A stretch of 64,000 nt of DNA from an uncultured cyanobacterium. GTDB taxonomy: Bacteria > Cyanobacteriota > Cyanobacteriia > Cyanobacteriales > CAWUOF01. Position numbers and translations under genes: made by a program. Positions 29,347 to 40,311 of this stretch are shown one piece after another. Below the pieces are notes generated by a model, which saw only the letters and a program-made list of their open reading frames with translations, searched no databases and was not told the DNA's origin. The stretch lies in the NCBI GenBank assembly GCA_963744145.1, contig CAVUSO010000001.1:3872001-3936000 (forward strand), given 5' to 3'. Position 1 is the stretch's first letter. Each line of letters begins with the position of its first letter.

Positions 29347-29430
29347 GGACAGGCAAGGACAGGCAAGGACAGGCAAGATGCCCGTCCTACAGCAAAAAAG
29401 ACTCTTGTGGGACAGACATCTTGTCTGTCC
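29347..29430. repeat. REP doublet with tandem GGACAGGCAA x3
   Basis: Seen directly between petL and the radical SAM gene. Confidence 0.75.
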
Positions 29431-29457
29431 CAATTATTTTGGCCAGATGTCTAGTTA

Positions 29458-31041
29458 CTACCTACTTGCGACATTTACTACTGCTGGGATGGAGAGCTGT
29501 TCTTTTGCTTGTGATGCTTCAAACTCAGCGATCTGAGCTTCAATTTGATCATGAATAATCTGGCGATATTCGAGAAAATGCTCGTTATGGGCACAAACCG
29601 TTAGGTAATGATCCCATACGCCAGGATTATTTTTGATGATACTATATAGGTGATGCCAAAATTTCCATCTGGTACTACGTTTAACACCTTGACGCCAACA
29701 GATCAATAGTAGTGCGCGTAGATCTATCCAGCTTGGCCATTTGGATGGTGCTTTACATACGGGTGCGCCTAAAATGAGAAAATGACGATAGACTCGATCT
29801 AAATATTTTTCAGGCTCATATAAAGTCCAAAATGATCGACTGTATTCCCGACCAATATCTGCTAGAGGACGAGTGGGGAGAAAGTTCATTAAGGAACCTT
29901 GATCAATTTTAGCATCTTTCCGTAGTAAACGCCCTTCTTTTTCTAACCGATGCCAAAGTGCTGTATTAGGGAGAGCTTGCAATATCCCAAATAAAGCAGT
30001 TGGAATAGCAGTTTGTTCAACAAATTCTACAATCCGATCGCCTGCACCGATTTTTTCACCATCAAAACCAATAATAAATCCAGCCATTACTCGTAATCCT
30101 GTCCGCGTAATTTTTTCGACTGCATCTTTTAAGGGATTACGGTTGTTTTGAAATTTTTTCGTTACTTGTAAACTCTCTTCATCAGGAGTTTCTATTCCTA
30201 GAAATACGGCGTTAAAATTACATTCTACCATCAATTGCATCAGTTCTAAATCTTCAGCTAGATCCACCGATGCTTCGGTATTAAAAACAAAAGGATATTG
30301 ACGTTCAGCTTGCCAAACTTTTAACTCTTTTAACAATAATTTCACATTCCGTTTATTGCCAATAAAGTTATCATCTACCATAAAAACAGTGCGTCTCCAG
30401 CCTTTTTGGTAGAGTGATTCTAATTCTGCTAAAAGTTGTGTGGGGGTTTTGGTACGTGGTTTGCGTCCATAAAGAACAATAATATCGCAGAATTCACACT
30501 GGAATGGACAACCTCGGGAAAATTGGATTGACATCGAATCATAAGCATCTAATTCTAATAAATCAAACCGAGGTACTGGAGTATAAGTGACATCAGGTTT
30601 TTCTCCATTAGAGCGAAAAATTCCGGTTGATTCACCTCTTGCGATCGCTTCGACAAACATGGGTAAGGTGATTTCTCCTTCATCTAAAATCAGAAAATCC
30701 ACACCTACTTCTTGACATTCATGGGGTAAAGCAGTTGGATAGGGACCACCGACTGCTACTTTTTTACCACGTCGTTTTGCTTCCTGAATTTGAGTTAGCA
30801 AATCTTCTTTTTGGACAATCATTGCTGATAGAATTACTATTTCTGCCCATTCCCATTCCCTTTCACTGACTGGTCTAATATTCCGATCAACTAGCTGAAA
30901 TTCCCAGGTTTGGGGTAATATTGCTGCTACTGTAATTAAACCTAAAGGGGGAAGTAATACTTTCCGATTGACTAATTCCAAAATTTTTTCATAGGACCAA
31001 AAGCTTTTAGGAAATAAGGGGTAAATCAATAACACACGCAT
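29458..31041 (-). CDS. B12-binding radical SAM protein (DUF4070-type)
   Basis: CPFQCEFC motif; N-terminal B12-binding domain (PPLGL, GGPYPT). Confidence 0.92.
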   Translation of the reverse strand: MRVLLIYPLFPKSFWSYEKILELVNRKVLLPPLGLITVAAILPQTWEFQLVDRNIRPVSEREWEWAEIVILSAMIVQKEDLLTQIQEAKRRGKKVAVGGPYPTALPHECQEVGVDFLILDEGEITLPMFVEAIARGESTGIFRSNGEKPDVTYTPVPRFDLLELDAYDSMSIQFSRGCPFQCEFCDIIVLYGRKPRTKTPTQLLAELESLYQKGWRRTVFMVDDNFIGNKRNVKLLLKELKVWQAERQYPFVFNTEASVDLAEDLELMQLMVECNFNAVFLGIETPDEESLQVTKKFQNNRNPLKDAVEKITRTGLRVMAGFIIGFDGEKIGAGDRIVEFVEQTAIPTALFGILQALPNTALWHRLEKEGRLLRKDAKIDQGSLMNFLPTRPLADIGREYSRSFWTLYEPEKYLDRVYRHFLILGAPVCKAPSKWPSWIDLRALLLICWRQGVKRSTRWKFWHHLYSIIKNNPGVWDHYLTVCAHNEHFLEYRQIIHDQIEAQIAEFEASQAKEQLSIPAVVNVASR

Positions 31042-31108
31042 TGAATGTCAGTCCTTTTACTAGGTATGATTAACTATATTAATTATGACGGCTAAATATC
31101 TTTTCGGT

Positions 31109-32104
31109 TCATTTAGCCCGATCGCTAGTTATTCCTGCAATTCTCAAAGCATCTGTCAGGGTAGAACAGTAAGGATCTAAGCCAAATGTAGTCGGATTGA
31201 CAGCACTTTCGTAGGTGAAATGACGATAGGTCATGCAAAACCTGTCCCAAGGTGCTAGTTGAATTTTTACTCCGATTAACCCAAGTAAATTAATGATCAG
31301 CTCTGCTAAATCTGGTGATAGGGAAATTTGGAAACCAATTTTTTTCTGGAAATACTGACAAGCTTCAGCTACTGCTTGATTAGCAGTTAATGGAGAATTT
31401 CCTAAAACAAATTCGCGATTTTGCCCTGGTTCTGGGGTATTTTTTAATAAACAAAACACTATTTGAGCAATATCATAAGCGTGAATGAAGTGGAAACTAC
31501 CATCAGCTTTAAACCAGCGAATTACATTTAGCCATTTTACTATTTCTGGTAAACCGGAAGAAAGATGGGAGTAAGGTTTGTCCGGATCTCCACCTAAAAC
31601 TAAAGTTGGATAGAGGGTGGTAATTGGGGGTGATTGCTTTAATTTATTTAGCCGTTGTTTAGCATCATATTTAGAACGAATATATTCAGTTCCTAACTGA
31701 GTAGCTTCTTTAAGTAATTTGTTTTTGTGATCAAGAATACTAGCGGTAGAAAAATAGATTACCTGTTCACAAATTTCGGGATTGAGTAGCTGAACTAACC
31801 GAACAGTTTTACTAACATTAACATCAAAAGTTTCCTGAACTCCACCCCAAGCTGTAGCAATCAGCACAGCAGCATCCATGTTTTTCAGGAGGCTAGTATA
31901 TCGTTCAATATAACGCAAATCTCCTTTTAATAGGTTGATTCCAGTTCTCGCTTGGTAGTTGAATTTTAATTTGTCTGGATTTCTCACTAGGAGATAAAGC
32001 TCATAATCAGTCTGTTGAATTAATAGTTCGGCTAGGTAATGACCGATACATCCACTAGCACCTGTCAGAAAAACTCGCTTGGATTCCATAAAATCGCCCA
32101 TCAC
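31109..32104 (-). CDS. NAD-dependent epimerase/dehydratase
   Basis: TGASGCIG, YIRSK; downstream of hemE. Confidence 0.88.
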   Translation of the reverse strand: MMGDFMESKRVFLTGASGCIGHYLAELLIQQTDYELYLLVRNPDKLKFNYQARTGINLLKGDLRYIERYTSLLKNMDAAVLIATAWGGVQETFDVNVSKTVRLVQLLNPEICEQVIYFSTASILDHKNKLLKEATQLGTEYIRSKYDAKQRLNKLKQSPPITTLYPTLVLGGDPDKPYSHLSSGLPEIVKWLNVIRWFKADGSFHFIHAYDIAQIVFCLLKNTPEPGQNREFVLGNSPLTANQAVAEACQYFQKKIGFQISLSPDLAELIINLLGLIGVKIQLAPWDRFCMTYRHFTYESAVNPTTFGLDPYCSTLTDALRIAGITSDRAK

Positions 32105-32197
32105 TAAGCTTGGCTAGAGCGGGAGTTGGGAATAATGAATAATCAGGATATTCTTTTTTCCTTACCCATACTCCCAATTTTCCTCTATCCCGTTGAT

Positions 32198-33262
32198 TTA
32201 GGCATGAACAGCTAATAATTGATCAGCTTGTTTTGCAGTTTCAAAGAAGAAAGCCACATTTTCTTCAGGAGTAGAGGGTAAAACACCGTGACCCAAGTTC
32301 AGAATATGACCGCGATTACCAGCTTTCCGAATCGTGTCGAGAATGCGATCGCGGATGAATGGTTGGGGACCAAATAAGACACAGGGGTCCATATTCCCTT
32401 GGACTCCGAGATTGGGTCCTAGTCTGGTTCGCGCTTCGGCTAGATCTACTGTCCAGTCTACACTAATTAGGTCTGCACCGCTTAAAGCCATGCGCTCAAG
32501 AATACCAGCACTGCCATTAATATAAAGTATTAATGGTGTATCGGGGTGAGTAGCTTTCACCTGCTTGAATACTAGCTGCTGATATGGCATTGCAAAGGTT
32601 TCATAATCTTGGGGGCTTAATTGACCAGCCCAAGAATCGAACATTTGCACTACTTGAGCTCCTGAATTGATTTGATAACGCACATAGGTCGCGATCGCAT
32701 CGGCCAGTTTGCCTAAAAATTCATGTAATATTTCTGGATGACTGAATGCCATACTCTTAATGAGAGCGTAGTCTTTAGAGGACTTACCTTCGATCGCATA
32801 AGCTGCTAAAGTCCATGGGGCACCAACAAACCCTAATACCGTCGCTTTATTACCTACTTCTTGTCTTAAAGTTTGCAAAATTTGGGCAATAAAGGGTAGA
32901 CTTGCTTCTGGTTCGAGGGGGAAAAGTGCTTTGACTTGCTCTAAACTGCGGATTGGTGGATCGATGATCGGTCCTTTACTTTCCACAATCTCAAAAGGAA
33001 TACCGATCCCTGGTAAGGGGGTGAGAATATCAGAAAATAAGATCACCCCATCTGGTGCAAAAGCTCGGAAAGGTTGTAAAGATATTTCAATTGCTAGTTC
33101 TGGATTTTCTGAGCGATCGCGAAACGAAGGATATTTATTTCGTAACTCTCGATAAGACTTCATATAGCGACCTGCTTGTCGCATCATCCAGACCGGTGGA
33201 CGCTTTAGCACTTCACCACGAGTTGCTCTCAAGAGATAAGGAAGTTCGGTTGACCCAGCCAT
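32198..33262 (-). CDS. hemE: uroporphyrinogen decarboxylase
   Basis: [21 protein letters not shown]. Confidence 0.98.
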   Translation of the reverse strand: MAGSTELPYLLRATRGEVLKRPPVWMMRQAGRYMKSYRELRNKYPSFRDRSENPELAIEISLQPFRAFAPDGVILFSDILTPLPGIGIPFEIVESKGPIIDPPIRSLEQVKALFPLEPEASLPFIAQILQTLRQEVGNKATVLGFVGAPWTLAAYAIEGKSSKDYALIKSMAFSHPEILHEFLGKLADAIATYVRYQINSGAQVVQMFDSWAGQLSPQDYETFAMPYQQLVFKQVKATHPDTPLILYINGSAGILERMALSGADLISVDWTVDLAEARTRLGPNLGVQGNMDPCVLFGPQPFIRDRILDTIRKAGNRGHILNLGHGVLPSTPEENVAFFFETAKQADQLLAVHA

Positions 33263-33419
33263 CTAAACGTGATCCAAATAGATTTTTTTTTATGTCCTTG
33301 TTAGCTTACCATGCTGGGGTAACCAAAATAGAAATTTTTGATCAAATTGTTTTGACCATATGGGGAGATTTTTTGATAGGCTTGATCAGATCATCTCTAA
33401 TTAATGATTAGAGCAGAAA

Positions 33420-33436
33420 TTTCATCTTGGTTTCAT
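33420..33436 (+). promoter_or_regulatory. putative CopR-type box TTTCAT-N5-TTTCAT
   Basis: tttcat-cttgg-tttcat about 80 bp upstream of the multicopper oxidase. Confidence 0.6.
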
Positions 33437-33516
33437 GCTCTTGAGCCAAATTAGACATAGGACTAAAAACCTGGTTTTTTTTGGTAAGTCTTACCTCCTT
33501 TAATTATCTGAATATT

Positions 33517-35004
33517 ATGTTTCTAATTAATCGTCGCAAATTTATCTTTTTTAGTGCTGGTACTGCTGGATCTGTATTATTAAGCCAATGTAGTCGAAAT
33601 AATACTTCTACTCCATTAGTTAAACCAGCGAATGGTAATGTATTAACAAGCAAAAGCAATGGATTACTAGAAACAACATTAGTAGCGCGTTCTAGTCTGC
33701 TTCAACTGGGACAACAAAAGGGTACATTAATGTCCTACAATGGGCAAATTCCTGGTCCTCGTCTGGAAGCAAAACCTGGAGACACAGTTAAAATTAACTT
33801 TACCAATCAACTTTCCCAACCAACAAATCTTCATTATCATGGGTTGCATATCTCCCCAACGGAAAACGCTGATAACATTTTTCTGAGTGTTGCTCCAGGT
33901 CAAACTCAAGTCTACGAATTTACTCTACCAAAAAACCATCCTGGGGGCACATTTTTCTATCACCCTCATTTGCATGAGTTTGTAGCTGAACAGGTTTTTG
34001 GTGGATTAGGTGGTATTTTTGTAGTCCGAGGTGAATTAGATGAAATTCCTGAAATTAAAGCAGCTCAAGAAGAATTTCTATTTTTGAAAGACTTTGCTCT
34101 AGATGCTAATGGACAGATTCCCGAACCTGGACATATGGATTTGATGCGCGGAAGAGAAGGGTCAATTTTATCTGTAAACGGACAGATCAATCCTACCATT
34201 AACATCCCCTCCCAAGGATTATTGCGACTTCGGATTGTGAATGCTTCTTCCTCTCGGTTTTATCGTCTGAATCTGGAAGAACATCCGTTTTACTTAATTG
34301 CTACCTCTGGAGGTGTGATCGCAAAACCGATCGAATTAACAGAACTATTATTATCCCCTGGTGAACGAGCAGAAGTATTGGTTCAAGGAAATCGTCCACC
34401 GGGAAATTATCGTTTACTGAATCTACCCTATGATCGTGGAGGTGACATGGGAATGATGGGAGGGAAAATGGGTCACGGAGCGATGGGAAATTCAACTGCA
34501 ATTTCTAGTCCACCAGAAGTGTTAGCAACTTTAACCTATAAAGATTCTGTCTCTAAACAAATTCCTATACCAGAAAAACTGATTACCGTTGAAACTCTCC
34601 CTGAACCTAGTCAAACCCGTCGGATTGAGATGTCAATGTTTATGGGAATGAAACCAGGAATGGGAATGCAAATGGAATTTTTGTTTAATCAAAAATCCTT
34701 TGATATGAATCGAGTTGATGCGAATGTTAAATTAGGGAGTATTGAAGATTGGGAATTGGTAAATGTTGATCCGGATGGAATGGAACACTCCTTTCATATA
34801 CATACTAACCGATTTCAAGTCATCAGTCGCAATGGTAAACCCGATCCCTATCAAGCATGGGAAGATACCCTCAGAATTCGTGCTAAGGAAACAGTTGTGA
34901 TTCGGATTCCTTTCCGGGATTTTGTCGGAAAAACTGTCTATCATTGTCATGTTCTTGATCATGAGGATCTGGGGATGATGGGTATAGTTGAGATGAAAGC
35001 ATAA
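33517..35004 (+). CDS. Tat-exported multicopper oxidase (CueO-like) with Met-rich loops
   Basis: NRRKFI Tat motif; Cu ligands HYHG, HPHLH, HSFHIH, HCHVLDHEDLGMM. Confidence 0.93.
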   Translation: MFLINRRKFIFFSAGTAGSVLLSQCSRNNTSTPLVKPANGNVLTSKSNGLLETTLVARSSLLQLGQQKGTLMSYNGQIPGPRLEAKPGDTVKINFTNQLSQPTNLHYHGLHISPTENADNIFLSVAPGQTQVYEFTLPKNHPGGTFFYHPHLHEFVAEQVFGGLGGIFVVRGELDEIPEIKAAQEEFLFLKDFALDANGQIPEPGHMDLMRGREGSILSVNGQINPTINIPSQGLLRLRIVNASSSRFYRLNLEEHPFYLIATSGGVIAKPIELTELLLSPGERAEVLVQGNRPPGNYRLLNLPYDRGGDMGMMGGKMGHGAMGNSTAISSPPEVLATLTYKDSVSKQIPIPEKLITVETLPEPSQTRRIEMSMFMGMKPGMGMQMEFLFNQKSFDMNRVDANVKLGSIEDWELVNVDPDGMEHSFHIHTNRFQVISRNGKPDPYQAWEDTLRIRAKETVVIRIPFRDFVGKTVYHCHVLDHEDLGMMGIVEMKA

Positions 35005-35267
35005 CTAATTAGTTTAAGTTTGGACAATCAGCCATAGAATTCATTCTCAGATATATGATTAAACTGGAGGGGCGGGTTCACCGATCAATTTCGTTACTCA
35101 CAGATGAGCATCATAAACCCGTCCCGTCTAGTTAATAAGCGTGTAATTTTCTGGTAAATTGGGATTGACTTTTTAGATGTATTTGCTATAATCCGGGTAT
35201 AATTCACTTTTATGATTGAAGAATTATATTTTTTTGCTTCAAAATTAGCTCCTCTATTTCTTGAGTA

Positions 35268-35864
35268 TGTCCGATCCACCAAGTAGTAATCTTTTTACAG
35301 GAGACAAGTTCAGAACAAGCTTGGATCTCCGAGTACGAAGATATCAATACCCGACACAGCTATCAGGTCATTCGTCTCTGGGAACAAGACCCTACTTTAT
35401 TGTTGTCTATTCCCGGTTTGCTACCACTGGCGACATTATCTCAAACTAACACACCGGAAAGGTTACTAGAACAAATAGCTACTCAGATTGCTACTATTGA
35501 AGAACCAAATCAACAAGCAGATGTACTTGCTTGCACCCAAGTGTTGGCAGGTTTGAGATTTGAAAAAGACCTAATCAGACAAATATTTAGGAAAGAAACT
35601 ATGCGCGAGTCAGTTATTTACCAAGAAATTCACGAAGATGGTGTGCAAGAGGGTCTTCAAGAAGGCATTCAAGAAGGAAAGCAATTGGAGGCGCGGTCGT
35701 TTGTTACTCGCCTGTTGACTCGACGCCTTGGTGCGATCGCTCCCCCATTACAAGAGCAAATTCAGACTTTATCGTTAGAACAATTAGAGAACTTAGGGGA
35801 AGCACTACTAGATTTTTCTGAAGAAACAGATTTAGTAAATTGGTTGAATACTGGCATTAATTGA
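35268..35864 (+). pseudogene. 5'-truncated Rpn/DUF4351-type protein
   Basis: Frame open from 35265 (QVVIFLQET...YQVIRLWEQDP...MRESVIYQEI...LENLGEALLDF) after an in-frame TGA; nuclease N-terminus missing. Confidence 0.75.
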
Positions 35865-36832
35865 TGATCGCGATCGCATTAAAACTTCAACATAAAGTTA
35901 TGGATAATTATCAAAAGCTGCGGACAGAATTAGCAACTCTAGCGAAATCCCAAAAGCTCCTCTTGAGGGAACCTAAATTAATTAAACAACAAATTGAGCA
36001 AATCAATAATGTTCAAGCTAAACTGGATGATTTGCATCTAAAAGCTATCTATAAACCTAATACCTTTAATCGGATCTTAGAGTTTATTGGTCTTGGTTAT
36101 CAATCTCAAGCTAAACGAAAATTAGCGATCGAACTAACTGAACGAATTTATCAGATGATTATTCAATGCGAACAATTAAAATTAATGGCAACATTTTTAA
36201 TTAATCATCCTAATTTGCTCCAAGAATTAACTGATAAACATAAATGCTATTCTCTCACTCGTCAAGGTGTTCGTTTTGGTAATTTATTTGCTTATGTTCA
36301 TCATCTAGAAAAGATAATCACGACTAGCTTAGATCAACAAGATAGTAATTTAATCTCAGACCAAATGACTCAAATTGTTCAAGCTAAAGAGGAACTAAAA
36401 TGGATTAAATTAGATATTAATCAGACTGATATCTTTATGAATATTACTAATATTTCCTCTGCTAATATTTATGCTATTATTAATTTGGTTGCTTTGTTAG
36501 GAGAATATATTAGTGGGATAGGATTTAATGAACTTAATGAGGTTTCTTTTATTAATTATCAGGGTAAACAGTCATCGATTAAGTCTGTTTTACAGGAAAT
36601 TTCTAAGTTAATTTTGAAGATTGATAGTTTATTATTAAAATCTAATCAACAGTTAGTTCAGTCTCAAGAAAATATTGATAGAATACCGAAAGATAAAAAA
36701 ATCTCAAAAAAATCTTCACCTATATTTTGGCTAGTTGCTCTATTAATTATCGCTGTTGTTGTTTTTGGAGGTTGGTATCAATTTTCTCAGTCCCAGTTAA
36801 ATTTATTTCCTCCTGCTCCAGCCAAGAATTGA
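35861..36832 (+). CDS. hypothetical protein with C-terminal TM anchor
   Basis: 323-aa ORF, helical, IFWLVALLIIAVVVFGGW near the end. Confidence 0.7.
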   Translation: MMIAIALKLQHKVMDNYQKLRTELATLAKSQKLLLREPKLIKQQIEQINNVQAKLDDLHLKAIYKPNTFNRILEFIGLGYQSQAKRKLAIELTERIYQMIIQCEQLKLMATFLINHPNLLQELTDKHKCYSLTRQGVRFGNLFAYVHHLEKIITTSLDQQDSNLISDQMTQIVQAKEELKWIKLDINQTDIFMNITNISSANIYAIINLVALLGEYISGIGFNELNEVSFINYQGKQSSIKSVLQEISKLILKIDSLLLKSNQQLVQSQENIDRIPKDKKISKKSSPIFWLVALLIIAVVVFGGWYQFSQSQLNLFPPAPAKN

Positions 36833-36928
36833 ATCTCACTTAAATTCCTCACACCCGATCAGCATCCAAATAAACTAGAGAAAATTGAGTTGAATTGCAT
36901 GGTTCATTATTCATAGTTTTAAAGTTCT

Positions 36929-36952
36929 AACCATGAACCATGAACCATGAAC
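36929..36952. repeat. heptamer tandem repeat (AACCATG x3), STRR-like
   Basis: Directly after petA; can pair with catggttca at about 36898. Confidence 0.6.
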
Positions 36953-36959
36953 TAGGAGC

Positions 36960-37946
36960 TTAGAAATTCATTTCTACAGCTTGAATTTTTTCTACCTGTT
37001 TCTTCTTGAGAACTAGGAAGATTTGGGTCAGCATACAAGCAGCAAAAAATGCTAACAACCATTGAATTCGAGTAGAACTTTGTAAGACGATTTCTGTATC
37101 GCGCTGACCAAAACCACCAACATTGGGGTCAGAGGTTAAAGGAGCAGCAGCTTTTACTTCATCACCTTCAGCAACAATTAATTCCGGTCCGGGAGGAATA
37201 GTATTAACCACACTATCACCAGATGCGGGTTGAATAGTTACTTCATAACCACCATCTTCAGTTTTGGTGATTTTCGTAATTTGCCCAGCTACAGATGCGG
37301 TATAGCTAGTATTATTACTTTTTTCACCAGTGGGTAAAACTTGTCCACGTCCCCGATTACCACCGACATGAATCGCATATTTACCATAATGGATGGATTT
37401 GTCAGTTTCTGGATTCGGAGAGAGGACGGGAAAGACAATTTCTTGATATTGCTCACCAGGTAAAGGTCCGATGATGACAATATTTTCTTGATCATCACTG
37501 TAGGGTTGGTAATATAAATCGCTGATTTTTTCCTCAAGTTCTTCGGAAATTCGTTCAGGAGGTGCAATTTTAAAGCCTTCTGGCAAAATTAATACAGCAC
37601 CTACATTTAAACCACCTTTACTACCATCTCCTAATACTTGCTCGGTGCTAGTGTCATAGGGAATTTTGACTACAGCTTCAAATACTGTATCAGGAAGAAC
37701 CGACTGCGGAACTTCAATTTCGGTGGTTTTAGAACCTAAATGACAGTTAGCACAGACAATCCGACCGGTAGCTTCACGGGGATTTGCGAAGCTTGCTTGG
37801 GCCCAGAATGGATATGCTGCTGCTGATTGAGGTAGGGCGATATCACTAGCAAAGAATACTAGCACAGTTGCGATCGCGATTAACGTTACCCTGGCAATTT
37901 TTAGCTTACTATGATGCCAAATTGCCGACAATAATTTTTTTTTCAT
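36960..37946 (-). CDS. petA: apocytochrome f
   Basis: YPFWAQ, CANCH heme motif, C-terminal TM helix and LKKKQVEK. Confidence 0.98.
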   Translation of the reverse strand: MKKKLLSAIWHHSKLKIARVTLIAIATVLVFFASDIALPQSAAAYPFWAQASFANPREATGRIVCANCHLGSKTTEIEVPQSVLPDTVFEAVVKIPYDTSTEQVLGDGSKGGLNVGAVLILPEGFKIAPPERISEELEEKISDLYYQPYSDDQENIVIIGPLPGEQYQEIVFPVLSPNPETDKSIHYGKYAIHVGGNRGRGQVLPTGEKSNNTSYTASVAGQITKITKTEDGGYEVTIQPASGDSVVNTIPPGPELIVAEGDEVKAAAPLTSDPNVGGFGQRDTEIVLQSSTRIQWLLAFFAACMLTQIFLVLKKKQVEKIQAVEMNF

Positions 37947-38033
37947 CTGTAAACGAGACTATTTCAGTAACAAAGCTCAAATTAGGTTGGGGTGGTCTGG
38001 GAATCTCTGACCTAAACTAATATGTTGAAAAAC

Positions 38034-38574
38034 TTAACTCCACCAAGGTTTTTCACCAGTGCGGAAGTCAGTTTCTGTCCAGGGAGTCAAGCTAATTTTA
38101 GTGTCTTCGACCTTAACGTGTGCTAGTGCTAAGGATAAAGGAGCTGGTCCGCGGATTACTTTTCCGGTGTTGTCATACTGAGATCCGTGACAGGGACACT
38201 TAAATTTATTCTCAGCGGTATTCCAAGGTACGACACAACCTAAATGGGTGCAAACTGCATTGATCCCATAGTCAGCGATCGCTTCTTTGGTTTCGACCAC
38301 AATGTAAGTAGGGTCACCTTTTAAACCTTGGGCCAATACATGATCGCCCACATTATGATTGGTTAAAAAGTCGCTGATGACAATATCGTTTCCTAGAGCA
38401 TCCTTAGCAGTTGTAGCACCACCAGCACCAGCTTTGATGGGGGGGATAAAATATTTGATGACAGGATATAGCGATCCCAGTGCTACACCTGTAGCTGAAC
38501 CAAACGCGAGAAAGTTCAGAAATTGGCGACGTCCCCATATTGGGCACATCTGCCGATCCAGAAAGTTGAGCCAT
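38034..38574 (-). CDS. petC: cytochrome b6f Rieske Fe-S subunit (one extra base near the 5' end)
   Basis: CTHLGC and CPCHGS boxes. True start [13 protein letters not shown] at 38574 is out of frame by one base in a G4 run (38533-38536). Confidence 0.95.
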
Positions 38575-38785
38575 GACCTATGCTTGTTATGTGTGAAGAA
38601 GTTATTTCTCTTAGCTAGTTTAGGTGGAACGGGGACGATCGCGGATTATTTCCGTGATTTTCGCCAGTTCAACTGTTAAGCTAAGACTATCGGTATCCAA
38701 ACTTTACCGTTTTTTACAGCGCATTATTCCACTTTATTTAATTTCCGTTCCGATTTTTCCCCTTGGTCTTGAACATTTAAAATGT

Positions 38786-39094
38786 ATGACGGGAAAAGAC
38801 TTACATCAACTCCTGCTCTGGAAGTGGGGTCGTTCCTATGATGTCCAATTACGTCGCTTTCAGGACAAAATTTTTGTTCAGGTAATGTGGAAATATTTGG
38901 AACAAGCTTCTTTTCCTCTCTCCCAGGGAGAATACATGGCCCATCTTGATCAAGTGGCCAATTATTTGGTAGCTTGGGGGAGTACAACTCAGGTGCAAAC
39001 CTATATTGAACAGACTCGCGATCGCCCCCGTCTTGGTAAAGTGGTGAGTATCCCTTTAGATTTAGGTGAAAAAGCTTCTGAATGGATTTTATGA
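38786..39094 (+). CDS. DUF3067 family protein
   Basis: KWGRSYDVQL, QVMWKYLEQASFPL, RPRLGK. Confidence 0.88.
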   Translation: MTGKDLHQLLLWKWGRSYDVQLRRFQDKIFVQVMWKYLEQASFPLSQGEYMAHLDQVANYLVAWGSTTQVQTYIEQTRDRPRLGKVVSIPLDLGEKASEWIL

Positions 39095-39822
39095 AAGCAC
39101 TAATCCCCTCTAATCTGAAAGTAAGTTTAAAAGTTGGGCAAAGATATTTAAAAGATTGGTCAAGTGGTCAAATCAGTAAATTTACCAGTATCAATCATCA
39201 GCTTAATCCAGAGCAAAAGCTGCTTTTTTATCCCCAAATTACCATTACTCAAGCTTTATTACCTACTGCGTTTTCAGCCAATAAAAAACATAATTTAGCC
39301 TTAGCAATTGGGCAGATTCAAGATGTAGAAATTAAACCAGAGGCAATTTTTTCTTTTTGGTATTTAGTCGGGAAACCCAGCCGAGAAAATGGTTATTTAG
39401 AGGGGCGATCGCTAGTTAATAACCAACTCAAACCAGAAGTTGGGGGTGGTTTATGTCAATTATCAGGGCTGATTTATCTCTTAAGTTTAAAAGCTGGACT
39501 AACTATTTTAGAACGACATTCTCATTCCCAAGATATCTATACTGAAGAAACTCGATTTGCTCCCCTAGGTGCTGATGCTACTATTGTCTATGGATATAAA
39601 GATTTGCGGGTTAAAAATAATTTGCTCAGTTCAATTTGTTATCGATTTTTAATTGAAGAACACCAAATTAGTGCCATTTTATGTTCTCCCCAGTCAATTC
39701 CAGAGTTTACTATTGATTTTCAAGTTCAACCCATGACCGATCAAGTCAAAGTTGATACAGTCCGATTAAATTGCGATCGGCAATTTGAAATAATTAATTC
39801 TACTTTTTATCAAAAATTTTAG
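39091..39822 (+). CDS. VanW family protein
   Basis: FSFWYLVG, GGGLCQLS, ERHSHS, GADAT-YGYKDL. Confidence 0.88.
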   Translation: MKALIPSNLKVSLKVGQRYLKDWSSGQISKFTSINHQLNPEQKLLFYPQITITQALLPTAFSANKKHNLALAIGQIQDVEIKPEAIFSFWYLVGKPSRENGYLEGRSLVNNQLKPEVGGGLCQLSGLIYLLSLKAGLTILERHSHSQDIYTEETRFAPLGADATIVYGYKDLRVKNNLLSSICYRFLIEEHQISAILCSPQSIPEFTIDFQVQPMTDQVKVDTVRLNCDRQFEIINSTFYQKF

Positions 39823-39847
39823 ATATTTTTGAGATTCTCGGCTTGAG

Positions 39848-40272
39848 AAGAAGGGTTTACCCTGAGCGTAGTCGAAGGGTGAAGCATTCGGATCTGATGT
39901 TACTCGTTTGAGCGCTCAATTGTCGCCCGAATGCTTCACCCCTACAAGGAAATGACCTGTATTCAACTATATATTTATTTAAACTAAAATCCTACTTCAG
40001 CGATCGGAGTTGTAGTATAATCTTACCTATCTAGGAAATAATTAAATAGAAATACTGGCAAACCGGATCTAAGAAGGGTGAAGCATTCGGATCTGATGTT
40101 ACTCGTTTGAGCGCTCAATTGTCGCCCGAATGCTTCACCCCTACAAGGAAATGACCTGTATTCAACTATATATTTATTTAAACTAAAATCCTACTTCAGC
40201 GATCGGAGTTGTAGTATAATCTTACCTATCTAGGAAATAATTAAATAGAAATACTGGCAAACCGGATCTAAG
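39848..40272. repeat. 199-bp tandem duplication containing a REP hairpin
   Basis: 39874-40072 repeated at 40073-40271, upstream of the MASE1 kinase. Confidence 0.9.
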
Positions 40273-40311
40273 TTAAAGATTTCTTAACTAAAAATTAGTC
40301 ATAACATAATT

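Noticed and set aside
26966..29430. CRISPR array from the GGACAGGCAAGATGCCTGTCC repeats
   Set aside because: Copies are inverted doublets dispersed over the window, with no regular spacers and no cas genes
38034..38574. Programmed frameshifting in petC
   Set aside because: No slippery heptamer or known precedent; a homopolymer error is simpler
39874..40272. CRISPR or ncRNA array
   Set aside because: Two identical 199-bp units with no variable spacers
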